A stretch of 64,000 nucleotides of DNA from Takakia lepidozioides (taxonomy: Eukaryota; Plantae; Bryophyta), in NCBI GenBank assembly GCA_030704615.1, contig CM060733.1, forward strand, positions 2,108,001 to 2,172,000, given 5' to 3'. Within the stretch, counting starts at the first letter, position 1; the number at the start of each line of letters is the position of its first letter. Positions 21,797-36,479 of the stretch are shown here, in pieces. The translations under genes were made by a program, and so were the position numbers. Under the pieces are notes generated by a model. The model was not told where the DNA came from. It saw nothing but the letters and a program-made list of their open reading frames with translations, and ran no database searches.

Positions 21797-24700
21797 AAGT
21801 TATGTAAGGATTTCAATTAGGCACAGAGCTGTGTTGCATGAGGATGAGATACGGCGGAGATTGAATAGCACGTGCCCCCAGTTTCAGAATTGAAACAGTA
21901 CGAGCTGCACTTTCACATCTCCATGGCCCTGGGGGAACGGCGATCGGGACAAGAAATCTCCTTAACATTCGAACAATGTGGATCGACTGGCTTTCTAGAT
22001 AGGATTGCATGTGGCCACTAGTCCATTCTTCCTCTGTCATGAGGTCAGATACCATTTAAAACAGAGATCTATATCTGATGTGAAAGAAAGGATCATGTGC
22101 CAAAAAGTTCAGGCACATTGCTGAGTTCTGTTGGAGTACACCAGTTACGTAAATGTACAGAGCCAACATTTCTGAACATTTCGTACATGCCGGGCGATGG
22201 CGGTCACGGCATATAGAACAGCTTCTTAAGCCAAAGATCATTCACGCCAACCGCAAGAGTTTGAGTAACTTGGTTGTTTTACAAACCCGCTTAAGATGTA
22301 CAGTTGACTGCATAATATGACTGCATAATATCGCAGTGTTGTTTGCAGACGTTTGCATGTGGGACCAGGGGTCCAAGCAATTTACAAACCCAGAGACTTT
22401 GGGCATTGTATAATCTAACGGCTATCACACATTTGCATGAGCGTGTTGACTAACGGGTTCTTCCTAGTTTTACGGCCATGGATCCAAACTCTCTGAATTT
22501 CATGGTTCCTGTACCTATATGCATGTGGCTAAGAATCAATATCCCGATCAGGAATAATGTACTTCTGCCTTGGTCCACCTGCTCTATTACGGGATCTCAA
22601 GTTTATAAGAGCTATAGATTGGCTGATATTACTTGATTGAAAACGGTCACCGATTACTTTTTCGTTGGAAATTCAACACAAATTACTCTTGCAGCTCTGG
22701 TCGAACAAGCTGATCTAGCTGGTGCTGACTTTCAAGTAGTTTAGGTGGGACTGACTTCTCAGCTTGCAATGGTTCACTAGAGGAGGGCCAGAGGACCAAA
22801 TTACGTCGGTTTCCTGGCTGCTTGAATTGTGACTATGGACACTACAAAAACGGTGGTGCGAGGATACTCCCCGCATCATATCCCACAAACGGAGCACAAA
22901 CGATGACATTGACGGCGCCACATTGTCTCCAGGGGTCGACCATGTAGATGAGTGTTTCATAGTAAATTAAAAAGGTCACTTCAACTACCCTTTGTCCGGT
23001 CCTGAGACAAGACCCCTTCCCGATTTTGAGCCTCTTTTGAGCCCGATTTTATCAGAGAGGCTAGTGATCCTGATCCTATATTCCTTTTGTTACATGCAGC
23101 TTCACTCTATCTCAGGGCTGCCCCAATACTTCCCCAATACGATCTGCACCGCCGCACAGTTACACGCGAGAATGCTGCATCCTCATTGTTCTACTAGACC
23201 ATCACCGAGAATTTCCACCATAGCACTTCTCGTGATAATGCGTACTCATCGCTCACTCACCATTTTTCCAGCAAAAAATCTAGGGAATTCAGACTTTGCA
23301 AACTGTCGCCAGTCCCACTCTAGAGATCAGGTGGACTCAGAATGCGCCATCTCAGAACATGGAAGTCGCAGTGCTTATCTCAACCTGAACCTGGAGAAGA
23401 GCACAACAAGGTGTTTGCAAGCTTGAAGGAGGCGTGGTCAACTGGGGTGAGCCGCCATATCTCACTCAACAACGACCCGGCCACTTCGCTTGGCGCGTCG
23501 GGCGCCCGTCAACTACTTCAGTCATCCATGCTGGAGACTTGATGTCTCATTCATCCGTGTGAACTCATCGTATTCGTACGAAACCCGCGTACACGTATTT
23601 AGATGCATCGCTTATTAAGGGAGAATCTGCGAGTCTGGAACCTGTCACTTGGTACAGGACAATATTACTATGATTATTGTTATTTTAAGAAAAGGGAATA
23701 CTATTTTAATAAAAAATAATTATAATTATAATAAAGTATAAAGGCCTCTGTCCTGTTCTGAAAAAAATAAAAGGGAATACTATTTTTTTAAATTAAAGGG
23801 AAGAAAGATATTACAACACCACACTGCAAGAGAGGGTACTCAATTTCGGACCCTCCTATTGGTTTAAGGGAGGACAGGGTGCCGCTCTGCCTACACTAGC
23901 GGCTGCTGCCAGGGAGAGGCGCTGACATGGCTCCGACCTGGCGCCTACATGTCAGGTTACCGTGAAATACAGATTTCCAGGCATTGTCCCTTGGAAATCC
24001 ACAATTTTAGGAAGACATTTTGTCGTGACGCGATTCTCCCGCCATTGTGCAGCTGGTCTCTTCCACCCCGTTGTGCCATAGTTTCTCCTACCGAACTTTT
24101 TGCCGCTGGACTTCTGCTATAGTGTGGTAGCCGATTCATTGTCGCTTGGTGACATGGACCTATACCATCCAACAATCCCTAGCTTGCACTGTCCACGTAG
24201 TGCCGTTGGTGTGCCGCTAGTGTGGTACGGCGGGCCTTATTCCCAGAAAACAATAAAAACGTCTAATGTTTTTGTTTTTTTTTTTGAACAGGGGTCAGTG
24301 GCCCTGTTATTACTTTATTTTGGAATTATTTGGAGGGAAAAAATTAAACCCTCGGAAATACCATAAGGCACACACATCGATGTCAGTGAATTACAATCTT
24401 TCCTACTTTTGGTCGAGTATAAACTTTTGGTCGAGTATAAAAGAACCATACTACTCTGATCGAGTAAAGAGAACCTTACTAATAATTGCTTTGTAATTAT
24501 CAAAGCATCCCCAGTCTAACTTAATAGTATTGTCCCTGATTTCTCTTCATTTAAATTGATTATACGTTCATGTAAAACGAAAGGATGAATGAAGTTTATT
24601 ACAATCATGGATGAATGTATATGATGCTACGATAATACCATAGTGAATGTGGAAAGGCCCCACGTCGCCACCGGTTAGACGGTGTTACTGCCCCTCCCGG

Positions 24701-24840
24701 ATATAGCCAGTTGGTGTGGCCGCTCGACTGGTGGCAGCCGGTAGTACCTGGCCCGGTGCCCGGTATCAAGCGGATACAGCCGGAATACGGTACAGTGCGG
24801 ATTCGCTTTTCCGTATCTCGAACCTACCGCTCGGGGATTT

Positions 24841-25460
24841 CGACCTAGTGGGATAGCCGGTTAGGCACTTGCCTGCCTAAACTATTTTTGGCGCCATTTG
24901 GCAGTTAGGCATTTTTGAGAAATGTTTTTAAATTAGGCATCTTGGGTGTGTAATATTTTCATTTGTTTTTAAATTAGGCAACTAAAAATAATGATCAAAA
25001 ATATAAAAATACAGCCGCTGCCATGGATTTGAAAACTGAGTCCATGGATGATATTTAAAATGGAAACTCAGCCGCGGCTATGGATGAAAATTGAAAACCT
25101 GAGTCCATGGATGTCGTTTTAAATAAAAACTCAGCCGCTGCCATGGATGAAAATTTGAGTCCATGGATGTCATTTTAAATGAAAACTCAGCCGCTGCCAT
25201 GGATGAAAATTGAAAACTGAGTCCATGGATGACGTTTTAAATGAATATCATTTATAGATTTTGTTTTCTATTTTATTTTTATTTTTATAATTTAAATTCA
25301 AGTTTTTGTAACATAGGCACTTCTAGAGAAATTTTTGAAAATTAGGCACTCTTTGAAGATACTTTTCTAAATTAGGCACTCTTGTCAAAAATAATTTATT
25401 CTGATTAGGCACTTTTTTTTCGAATTAATTTCTGCCTAACCGGCTATCCCACTACGGTCG
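24841..25460. mobile_element. Non-autonomous TIR element (MITE) with an internal ~57-62-bp tandem repeat (x4, ~25011-25240)
   Basis: 22-bp perfect TIR TAGTGGGATAGCCGGTTAGGCA (24846-24867 / 25433-25454), extendable by CGACC with one indel. Repeated AATTAGGCA subterminal motifs. No TSD recognised. Confidence 0.7.
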
Positions 25461-26328
25461 TACTCGTATCACTACACATTAATACGGTTCCCGTAAGTAT
25501 GTAGTATGTGCAATACTGTAGCTCAGACCCTAACCGGGGCTATGGCGAAGGCGTCCTGTTCGGTCAAGCTGGGTCCGCTACAGGGCCCGGTTGTGGCGTG
25601 TACTCGTGTTGGTGTGGTGTTGATCGGCATTCTCCATTTCTTGTTTCAGCTCTTGTCATTTGGAGGGGGATTCCATTGCATGGCGAATTACCAATGAAAC
25701 CGTCAAGCATTTTCGTTCTCCCTGTTGCAATTGATACCACGCATTGGCGTCCGAGTTGCCAGTCGCATTCCATCGCTCTGTTGTCGAAGTGGGTTCTTCT
25801 TTCCTCACAACAGTTTTCGTAATCTCTGTGGCGACATGATTCTAGGTTCTGGACTTCACCTGTATATTTGAGAGCGAGTTCTCTTGTCTGCACTTTACCT
25901 AGTGGATTTGTCATTATCTGGTACCTCTAAGTGTATGAAATTTGTGTAAGACGATTATACTGGAGAAGTGGACAAGAAGAGTTTACAGGATTCACGTGGT
26001 TTGAGTTATTAAGAAATGGAACCTCTGTGAAGATCACTCGCAGTGTACGTATTACATACCTGAGGTGGGTTACACTCCAGGGTCCTATCTCAAGATTGCT
26101 GTTCTCATTGCGGCATCGGTGAAGTCCTTTGCCTCTCGACTTTAAAACTCGTTTCAATCGTTTTTGGAGACAGCATATGTGATTTTGCAAGAAAAACCAA
26201 CTTCAAATAAAGATCTGTAAGCCGATGTCTCTCCTGCGAGGCCACAGTATGGAATCCATGCAATGCGAAGGAGGGTTTGATTTGGATGAGATTCAGCTCT
26301 GAGTTTGGTGCCGATAGTAGTCCATGAA

Positions 26329-29300
26329 ATGATGGCTAGGGGGCATGTTGGAGGGGGCACGCTTGGCCCTCTGGTGTTGAATACAATCTCTCCAGAGGAA
26401 CGGGCAGCAAGACTGACCTTAGAGAAGGCGGAAGCAGAGACACGATTGAAGGAGGCGGAGGCTCGGCTGCGAGAGGCAATCGAGGAACTGCACTTGAAGC
26501 GCCACGGGACAACCGATTCATCCAGTGCGTCATTGAGTGGGCGGCATCCTCTCTGTCAGCATGGTGATTCGTGTGTGGCCAATGCCGTGGGCAGTCTCTG
26601 CCAGAGCTTCCTGCTCGCTTATGGAGTGCGTGTTGGAGTTGGCGTCCTTCTGAGAGCTTTCAAGCTTGTCAAGAAACGCCCTTATTACTCTGTCCTTGAC
26701 TTGAAGGTAGTGCCCTATTCCCTGAAAGGTGTCTGTGTACCTGTTGGCTTCTTTCGCTCTCTCTCCATCCTCACAAGCTCGCCATCGTTCCCTAGATTAA
26801 GTCCCCAAAAGGTCCAATTCTAATTTCAACAATTGTCAGGTGTAATAGAACTATTTTTGTCTCTTGCCTCTTAGTCCCTGCAAGACGCGGGCAGGCTTGT
26901 GCATACATGCGGCTTGCCCAAGTATGTGCGTGATTGCAGTTGTCTGTAGACCTGTGATTGACACAGCGGGTACTTTTCGTTATAGCCATGCCAAACAAAT
27001 ATTGGCGTTCCTTGGCCTTCAATAGAGACAGAGAAATCATGAACCAAGTTGTGAAGTCCAGGAGGCCTCGTGTTGTCCCCTCTCATAGCGACTTTTGTTT
27101 GAAGGACTCCGTCCTCAGTGGGAGATGCTAGCGTTTTGAGCTTTCTATCTGCTCTGGTGGTGAACATATGTCAAGTAAAGTCATATGCAGATTTATAGGT
27201 GTTGATTTTTGGGTTCCCAAGTGGAAGATCCGAGGTGATTTACAGCTGTGGTGGTGGTCATCTCCCAGTTGCTGGTTTCTGAAAAGAATCTCATTGTGAG
27301 AGAGGAGGCTTGCCGGACGGGCCTTTTGTTTGGGGGCTTTACGGGCGCCTTCCATGCAATTCGCTGCATCATGCGAAGGACAAGGAGTACGGAGACACCG
27401 CTGAATGGGTAAGAATGAAATAACCTGGCAATGTGCATGGGTTCATGTATGTGAAGGCCAAATTGGTTGGGATGGCAACCTCTCTTATCTCGCATATGAG
27501 AATTCCAGAGCAAATGAGTAATTCCTGATTCTGTTTTACTTGCTGTATTTATTTGTCTCATATCCTGTATATCAGAGGGTTTCCATCTTAACTTAGCATG
27601 TGCAAAAGTGAGATGGCAAGCAGCGGCAAATTCCTCTAGTGTTGATGCTCTTTCCACCTGATATGACTTTGGTGATTTTCCAGGTTTGTGGCAGGTACTA
27701 TAGCTGGTTTGTCAGTACTTGCATTGGATGATTCCAGTAGGAGACGCACATTTGCTCTGTATCTGTTGGCAAGAGTGGGACAGGTATATTTTTGTCAGAA
27801 GCTGTTCCACTTTGCCAGTCTTCATTCATTTTACTGTAGGGGTCCGCCGGGGATGTCTTATTCAGTTATGTGAAAGAAGAGGAGAGGGGAGAACTTTTTG
27901 AAGTTCACATGAACTTGGAGTGGGTCTGGAGTCTGGAGTTGCACGACCATTGGAGAGAATGGAAGTTTGTTTGGCAACTCGTCGCATTTTAAGCACAATC
28001 TTCTCAACTGGTGACGGCCTGGGCAGGAATTGTGGGAGGCACAGTCTCTCTCCATCCATGTGTGAGAGATTAACGTACTTGAAAATGACAGGTGTCATCT
28101 TATGAGCATCTTCAACATCTTCTTGTGACACTGACTGTGGCTATTGTGGGCATCTGCATGTGATTGCTGAATGATAGTGTGCATACAACTCGGCCAAAGC
28201 GAAAAACAAGTTCCATTTCTGGGGCAGCCAATGGAGTCATGGAGATACATTGTTGTTTGGTCTGGCATCTGCCCAGGTGTGATTTGTGACTTTTATGACT
28301 TCAAAATTTCTGGTATGGTTTTCACAGAGTTGTTACAGGACTCATTTGTACTACCCTATCATGGAGAGCTTGACTGTGAAAATGAGGCATTTTTAACTCG
28401 AATGCCTCACCTTGTTTCTTGCGGCCGGCCAGTTGCTTGAGGTCCACTTGCTGTTTATGAAGCACTTCCTGGCAGGGAGTAATTATTGGGTCAACCACCT
28501 GCCAGGCTCTCCTTCTGCAATAAGCCGGAGCCAAGATCAACCACACTCTTATGATCTTACATATAAGGGAACCTTATATTGCAGGAGTGTGTCCCAGTTG
28601 TAGGTAGTGCTCTTTAGATTTCTCAATAGATTCTATATGAATAAGGAAGTGTTTGCCCGTGATTGCAGATTATGTACGTCTACGTCATGCGTCCTGAGAC
28701 TTTGCCAGAATCATACCTAGAATTCATATCGAAGACAGGCCCAATTGCAAAGCCTGTGTTGAAAGCTGTGCGGGAGTCCAACAGGGGCGGACCTATTGAT
28801 CTGGCGAGTCTGTCAGCATTTGTCCTTAGCCGTGCAGGTCACCCTGGGCCATTGGGCCTTAGGGCTGATTCCCCCATCATTCCTTGCTCTGGAGTGCACC
28901 CAGAGAGCTCTTCATGTCTTGTCCACAACACCAAAGCAACCCGGGCCACCTTCAGAAAGACATTTCCTCTCTACTTGTCCCTCACATTTGTGCCCTTTGT
29001 GGTCCTCAACATTCAGAAGGTAAAGCCTTTTGTTTTCTCTACCCTCCTCTCCCCACCTCTCCACTTCATTAGGGATAGGACATAATTGGGATCGGTATAA
29101 GAGGTCGATCAGGAAAATCCTCACATGACCTTGGAATCATGTAGTGTAGTACTTGAGTTTATTGTTCACCTGGTGCTGAGGAATAGGCTTGTAAAGGATC
29201 TGGACAGCTGAATCCTTGCATCAATTTGATGAACAGTTCAGAGCTTTTTGGTCAAAATCTGAAATGCAGCCAAACCCCACCCCTTCACTATGGTAGAGTC

Positions 29301-30652
29301 CAGTCCCTCAGTCTACTCTCCTCTCCCTTCCCTGTTAACCCCCCAACCTTCTTGCTCTGCTCCATGCAAACAGTGGGCACCAAGTCTACAGCCACAAGGT
29401 GCTGCAAATAAAGTCTATTGATTACATCTCTACCTTGTCCTTCTGTGTGCCTTTGGGTTCTAAGAACTGTTTGATGCTGATGCAGTTCATGCATGCTCCA
29501 TTGCACACATTCTGGAATGCGTTGAAGAGTGCTACACGCTCCACATGCTTCCTCTCTGCGTTTGTGGGAATCTACCAGGTAAGCTAAACAGTTGAGATCT
29601 CTATTCGTCAATTATTTTCACAGAAGATTGTCAGATGTTGAACACTCTCAATACGTGTCTGAATGCTGCACATATACGAGCAAATAACTTTAAGTGCTAA
29701 TTTTCTATCTGTATTCACTCCACAATACCTTTGTGGAAAGCATCTGGAAGTATTGATCAGCTGTTAAGGCTTCTTCAGTGGCCAAATATATGTAACACAA
29801 CGAGTTTTCAACAGTGATTGGGGAATCCCTCATTTTATTGTTCAATGTCCTTCACAGGGTGTCATTTGTATCCAACGGAAGGTGGTCACAAAGGATCACA
29901 AGTTGATTTACTTCATTGCTGGAGCGTTTGCGGCCCTCTCTACCTTGATTGAGAAGAAGAGCCGTCGTTCAGAGCTTGCACTTTACACTCTCCCTAGGGC
30001 TGCAGACTCACTGTGGTACATATTGGTCAACCGCCACTTGCTTCCCAACATCAAGCATGCTGAAGTGCGCTCACTCTCCACTCTCTCTTCCTCCTTCATT
30101 GTAGATTCTTCCACAGTCCATTAGAGGGCCAGAGAATAGGAAAAAGATGCGACACAGTAGCAGTCAAAGTGTCTGAGCTGCCAAGAGGCCAATGTTGCTT
30201 CGTTTGACCCCAGTGAAAATGTGATAGGACCAAGTGGGAATGTACTGTAAGCTGGGAATCTGGTATCTGACAAGCAACCAGTGTTGGTACAGGTGGCACT
30301 TTTCTGCCTCTGCATGGGCGGGGTCATGTACTACCATGAATATGAGCCTGACACAATGGCCCCCTTCCTAAGAGGCTTGATCACACGCTTTCTTAACCGG
30401 ACAGGAACTCCTCTACAGCCCTCAACTGTGGCCTATCCATACATCCAACCTTTGCTTTCCAGCAATGAGCCTCACTCTACTCCCCCTTCCGATTCTTTAT
30501 TTGGTCATGCCAACAAGTTTGAGGGTGGTTCTCCTGGGTCAGCTCGGACTCCAGGCTCTCCACTTGCTGATGGCCTTACTCAGAAGGAGCAACTGGCTGA
30601 CCCGGCAAAGGCTGCAGAGAAACTCAAGGTGGAGGCCTTCCAGGGTCTGTGA
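26329..30652 (+). CDS. TMEM135: TMEM135-like membrane protein (Tim17/22/23-related superfamily), 8 exons
   Basis: GT-AG exons 26329-26706, 27269-27408, 27684-27783, 28178-28276, 28669-29019, 29486-29578, 29858-30064, 30293-30652 join in frame. Motifs FLLAYGVRVG, RRRTFALYLLAR, AQIMYVYVMRPETLPESY, IIPCSGVHP, IEKKSRRSELALYTLPRA. Confidence 0.92.
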
Positions 30653-33564
30653 GATCATATAGCAGACAGAAAGGCCGAGTGTCACTGCAGCAAGAAGCAT
30701 ATCTGCAATAGACTGCTGGATTGAAATCCTTTCCATGTTTGTCTTCTGAGACCAGTACTTCCATGTGTGTTTTGGCTACAAGACTGTGAATGGAGCTCTT
30801 GGATAGAGGTAGCAGGCTGTCCAAAGATGAAAGGTGGAGGCTTTTCATTATTCAAGCTGGAGCTACTTGACGTGTCTGTCCCTAGACATTTTGCCTCGAA
30901 ATATGTAGATATGTTCTGAATGTCCATTGATTCTTCATTTGAGAAATTCGGTACACACTAGGGTCAGGAAACCCTGCTGAAAAGGGGTATTCTGCAGCTA
31001 GCCCACCCATCGAGTCAGCATTGATTTCGTACGAGGGATTGTTGTGATGGAGCTTCTGTATACTGCTAATAATAAACATTGGATGACTGCTTGCACCATT
31101 GTGGTCACAGTCAAGTGTTTGTACAAGAAGGTAGTGTGTATGGTATCAGCCTCACCTGTGCTACAGTGTTATCGGACTTCTCAGTCCATGTGCCGATGGT
31201 TCCAAAGGAGTTTTCTCTCAATGTATGTCAGATTGTTGTTTGTGGATTACAGTAGACATCTGACCGGAGTTCAAGGTGCCTGCCCATCATTGGGTTGATG
31301 CCTATGGTGGGCCGCTGTGAAATCCCCCCCACACCCTGACCTGTCCAAGCGCCCTCTCCACTCCCTTTTGAAGCTCCCCTCCTGCTCTCTCACCTCTTGC
31401 TCCTCACCTCCCACACCCCCTTTTCGTACATTATGTTATGGGAGGTGGGGAGCGTGAAGGTAGGGAGTAGGGATCCACTTCTTGGACTTGGAATATTTTG
31501 GAAATGAAAAAAATATAAAACCCTGTATCTTCCTAATCACAACCCAACGACGAGCAGCATATGCGATTTAAACTCTAGACCATATTATCAGTATTAAGTG
31601 TACCCATGATATCATAATAAGATAAGGTGCCCCAATATTTAGATGTACTCCAAAATTGCATATGAAAGCTGGTTTGACCACCAAATTCAAGTATCGAGTT
31701 GAATTTTTCCAAACACAGGCCCTCCGTCATCTAATTATGTGGTACCTGAATGCATGTTCCTCCCAGAAATCACATTTGAATATTTCAAGACATTCCCCAA
31801 ACACTTGACCAGGTCTTCTTCCACATTACCCAAATCAACACAAGTCGATCTCTACATTCAAGGAAAACACTTCAATATTCCCATCTCCTTCTCAGGAGGC
31901 CTATGATATGCGAGCCACCTTTAACGTTCAAGCTCGGCTCAATTGGCAATCGCAGACTAGGGGTTTCTCAGTGGTTCACAAATTGCAACTAACGTCCCGA
32001 GCCACAGATCCCACCTCACGCAGCTCGTTGGTGAGTGAATCGCTCTTTTTGAATCAACTATCCGTTTAAAAACGGTACAAGTGGGGAGAGGCTTTCTCCC
32101 CGTCGAATGTCATTTCATTTCAGTTTCGTTTCTCAACTGTGGAAGGTGGAGCTCCTATGGACGCACCAGCAGCAGCAGACATCGAGGAGAAGGCGGAAGA
32201 GCGTTCAGGTGCACCGGAGGCAGTCAGGAAGATCGTTGGAGCAAACACTTCAAAGATTGAGGGAGAAAGGCGACGTACCACCAACAACAGCCCCCCATAT
32301 CGATATATTTCAACTACGCATGCGGCGCCGACGACCACCGCCAGGACAGCACGAGCACTGCGCTTGCCTCCAGAGGTGGCGAGAGAATCTCCTCGGCATA
32401 GACCTCCTCGGCAGAGGTCATTGTGAGGAATGCGGCTTACCATTCAATTTTGCAATACCGAACATCACCCCTCCGGGCTGCTTCGAGTTCTAACGCACGG
32501 CGTGGTGAGTTTTCTAGCAAACCAGGATATCACACTGCTCATTTGATCTCTAATGGTCTTTTTTTTTATTGCCAGCTCTTTTAGGCTTGTTAGTGCCGCC
32601 AGATTTCTTTTTGCCTCCCGAAGAGAAAGAAATGTAGCAGGCCCAATTGATCCGGAGTCTATGAGCCACTGACAGTGCGAAATGCACTGAAGTAAGGCCT
32701 TTTCTTTCCGATTCCTCTCCTTGGCCATTTGTCTTCATAGTGATTGCGCCTCTTTTCTAGTAGCGTATATGAAATATCGTATTGAGTTAATGCATCTCTT
32801 TTGGTTTTACTGGTGACAGGGTAACTTTGGTGGCCCTCTTTGACAAGCTAGATAGTGGGGAGCTTCAGGAAGACTCAAAGTTAGTAGAATTGATTACTGA
32901 GGGTCACTGACGGCGATAATAAATTCACCCCTATCGCACTGAATTGTAACTAGTGTTCTTCATTCGGTTGTGGTTTGTTTGGGTTGTCGAATGAGTACAT
33001 GCATGGTTAGGTGGGGCAAATGGAATTTTATATCTTGATTCATTTTTGCGTAGACAGATATCGTCACCCCTAGAAAGAACCTCTATCAACTTGCAACAAT
33101 TACTTGAAATAACAAGAGGTCTGGCAATACTAACACTCATGTTTTTTCAGAGACATCTCTATCATGCCAATGGTGGATATGTTTAGTTTTCACGGAAGTG
33201 AGAGAATTGCATGATTGGTGTCTTATTTTATGCTTAATCTCCACCCTTTGCTCCCACCGAAAATTTGTATCTGGAGCACCTCTAGCTATTTTAGGGTGTT
33301 GTAAATTTCCACATATGCTCCTCCCTAAGGTGCACTAGTTATCTTCAGGGTTCACTTCCATCCATTGTCATTCAAGAAAACTACACATGGATGAAATCTG
33401 AAACGGGTTGATTCGCGTTGCCTTGTCTTAACGGGATTAACATTAAATTAATTTACATCAAAGGTCGAATGGCTCCCTGAAATCTTCATTCTACATGTGG
33501 CTATGTTTTTATGCTAGCAAATGATGTTGTTAGCTAGTCCAACAGCAATAAGTAATCTACAATT

Positions 33565-33836
33565 GTTATGTCCTCAACTGAGGCAGTATATATCAATCCA
33601 CAAGGCAAGCATTGCGGTTATCATTATTTCTTTCAAGTATTGGTCATCCATAGAGGGATACCATGGTCATATATGATGACAACCAAGGGTGTATTGCTCT
33701 CTCGAAGAATCCGACTTTTCATGCTCACAAAAAGGATATTGAGATTCATCATCATATGGTACGAGAGAAGACTGAGGGAGTTGTCAAATTGGTATATTCC
33801 AACGCCAATAACTTGGTTGCAAACATATTGACTTAG
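33565..33836 (+). pseudogene. Ty1/copia RNase H remnant
   Basis: SSTEAVY (cf. SSTEAEY) and DNQGCIALSKNPTFHAHKKDIEIHHHMVREK (cf. [31 protein letters not shown]), broken by frameshifts. Confidence 0.8.
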
Positions 33837-36479
33837 TGCTGAAAAGCATTAATGATTTGGAAGCTTGATGGGAGTAATTAAATGTTTAACTTGGTCCTTA
33901 TCAAGTTACTTCTACTCAAAGTTACCGTGATGACAAATGACAATGCAATAGTAAGAGTGCTGACAAGTCATAGTTAACAATCGAGATAAGCCTCAGTTAG
34001 CTTCAGTTATTAGTGACTCAACTAACTTAAGTGAGAGTACCAGAATAATAGTTGGAGACAACTAAAGTTGAGCATGCAGTTATGCTATAGTTATCTCAAC
34101 TAATCCTAGAATAGACTTTGAGTATATATACGGAGAACTCGAAGGGTGGATTCTTGGTGTGGTTCTATGGTTGGGTGGAGAGCTCTCACTAAACAGTTTC
34201 ATATTTATCCCTATTTTCTGTCTACTTCCAAGAGGAGTGACGTTGATAGTCGCAACAGTAATATTCTAAGACAAAACCTAACACTGCCCATACCCTGCAG
34301 TTTATTAGAGCAGCCCTCATCCTCAACAAAAGCAAGATTCATAGTGGTCAGCTGGTCACCTAGGTAGGTCTTGCTTGATAAAACCCACCACGAAAAGGGG
34401 CGGTACCCTTGATAGAGCCATCCTGCTGGAAGGGGCTAGTATCGGCTTGAAGGGGAAGAGGCTCTTATTTACACTAACTCCAATTGACGACATATATGTA
34501 TACCAATAGATGAACATATGGATGACAACACCAGACATGGATGAACAGAGTGTGAAGGTGCATGGAGTACGTAACATTAGATATCTAGTGTTGAAGGTGC
34601 AGAAGTAAAACCTACTGGTATGGTTGTCCGGGCTCGCCGGATTGGAGACTATACACCATCCACGTAACAATAGACATCTGATGGGAATTTGGGCACATGG
34701 GGGAGAGACACAAATACGGTTCAACCTCTGATGGGAGTTTAAGGCACGCGTGGGAGACTTACCGGTAGGGTCGACATCTGATGGGAGAGATTCAAGTGCA
34801 TGGGAGACTTACAAAAGGTGGCTGGAGGGGTGACACCTTTGGCGGATCCGTTATCAAATCCCCGACATGTCAATATTGTAGATTAAAACATTGAAAGAGT
34901 GAGGCATGTTCCAAAAGTGGCTGGTAGCTTTGTGTCAAATTGCCTGTACTTTTTATAGGATGCGGGATGTAGTAAATATACACACAAGAAAATATAACGT
35001 TCATCGGCTTTATGGATGATGGGGGATAAACACTTACACGAGGGTATGCACCTTTTGTAGTGGGGCCACCAAAAAGGTGCTCGGCCTTTAAGGAGTAAGA
35101 TGAATGGATGAAATATTAACCAATGGATGAATGATTGGAGCTAGTTATGTTGTTTCGACTATCAGGTGTGGAACTCAACCAAATATCATGAGGTGCTAAC
35201 TCATTGCCAACAAAAATCTGGAGATAATGAATTTGGGTGTTGGCAATAGTCTTAGTGTAGTCATCATGTTAGAAAACACCCAAGGCTTCCGCACATGGAG
35301 GCAAAAAACAGCTAATGAGCCAAAAAACGTGTTAATCCGCCGTGCTCCATTTGTCAGCGCGCAAACCATGGTGGTCTGTTTCACACCATTGTTCAGCCGT
35401 GGAGCATATCAGCTTGATAAACTAGAATAATGAAAAATTGACGTAATTTTGCCCATAACACACCGTAACCCTAAAAATATATATATGGAAAGATAATCTT
35501 TGATGGATTTGTTGCTAGAAGGTCCTGAAAGTCATGCGTCAAGCTATGGCAGTTATTTGCATATAATTGTTGGGACGAGAAGGCCACCACTTCTTGCAAA
35601 TGTGAAGAAAATGCTCGAGTTTGGACAAATGACCTTATTGCTGCTAGATCTTTAGGAGGAGAATTATTGGGATCATGGGCGGTGGACCTATAAGGAGAAA
35701 AGACTGCGTTCACATTGTAAAAAAGCTCAATGCAAGGGTTCTCAATGCACCACTCCGTTTGTGAAGCATTGCCGCGACTGAACAAACTCGAAGACATATA
35801 TCGAGTGGAAAAGAGGAAATGTTCAGCAATTGGTGTTCCTCCATCTGATTGGCCATGTATGAGAAATATGACATGATTTTGGGAAGAACAACAAATGTAC
35901 TCACAAAAATTTCGGGAGGTATAATTGATCAAGGAGCGCATTGCAATTCTCCCCAAGTCATTGGGCTTGATGATGTGCAAGAGACACGGTTTGATGCATA
36001 TGATGTCACCGACACTAATTATGCACAAATTACTTGAAACTTGTATTTTAATTCAATGTGTATTTCAATTTGTGGATTTTCAATTAACCATTGCTAAGAC
36101 AAATTTTCTCTCATTATTTCATCTTCTACTTTTGCAACTTTAACTTTTCTCAAAGTAGGCAATCTTGTTGCAGTACCAAAACCTGCCAAATTATCTCTAA
36201 CATTGTCATATCTAGGCTCAGACATGCGGCCCCAAAGCTAACAGTAGTTATACAAACACACAACATACAATTGTGATTTTGCTAGCTCTACCAATCATAC
36301 AGTTGAAGTTTCTTAGAATATTGCAACAATTTTCAAAGAACCAAAAGCATTTTCAATGACAACTCTCTATTCATGCTAGAATCAAAATGTCTCTTGTCTG
36401 CGTGGCTTGAAGTTCTTTATCAAATACGTACGGATCTCCGATCGGGTAAGCGAAATCGTCAATCCAACATGGTATAATC

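Noticed and set aside
30279-30290. CAGTGTTGG hAT-like TIR
   Set aside because: Sits in the TMEM135 splice-acceptor region with no partner TIR or TSD; chance match.
32107-32493. GC-rich short ORFs resembling a gene start
   Set aside because: No recognisable domain or downstream exons; likely a TE remnant.
34345-34867. Possible solo LTR (repeated CATCTGATGGGA motifs, ends ...CCCGACA)
   Set aside because: No matching left boundary or TSD could be established.
35150-36050. Cys-containing decayed coding-like region, perhaps a transposase C-terminus
   Set aside because: Too many stops and frameshifts and no diagnostic motif I can support.
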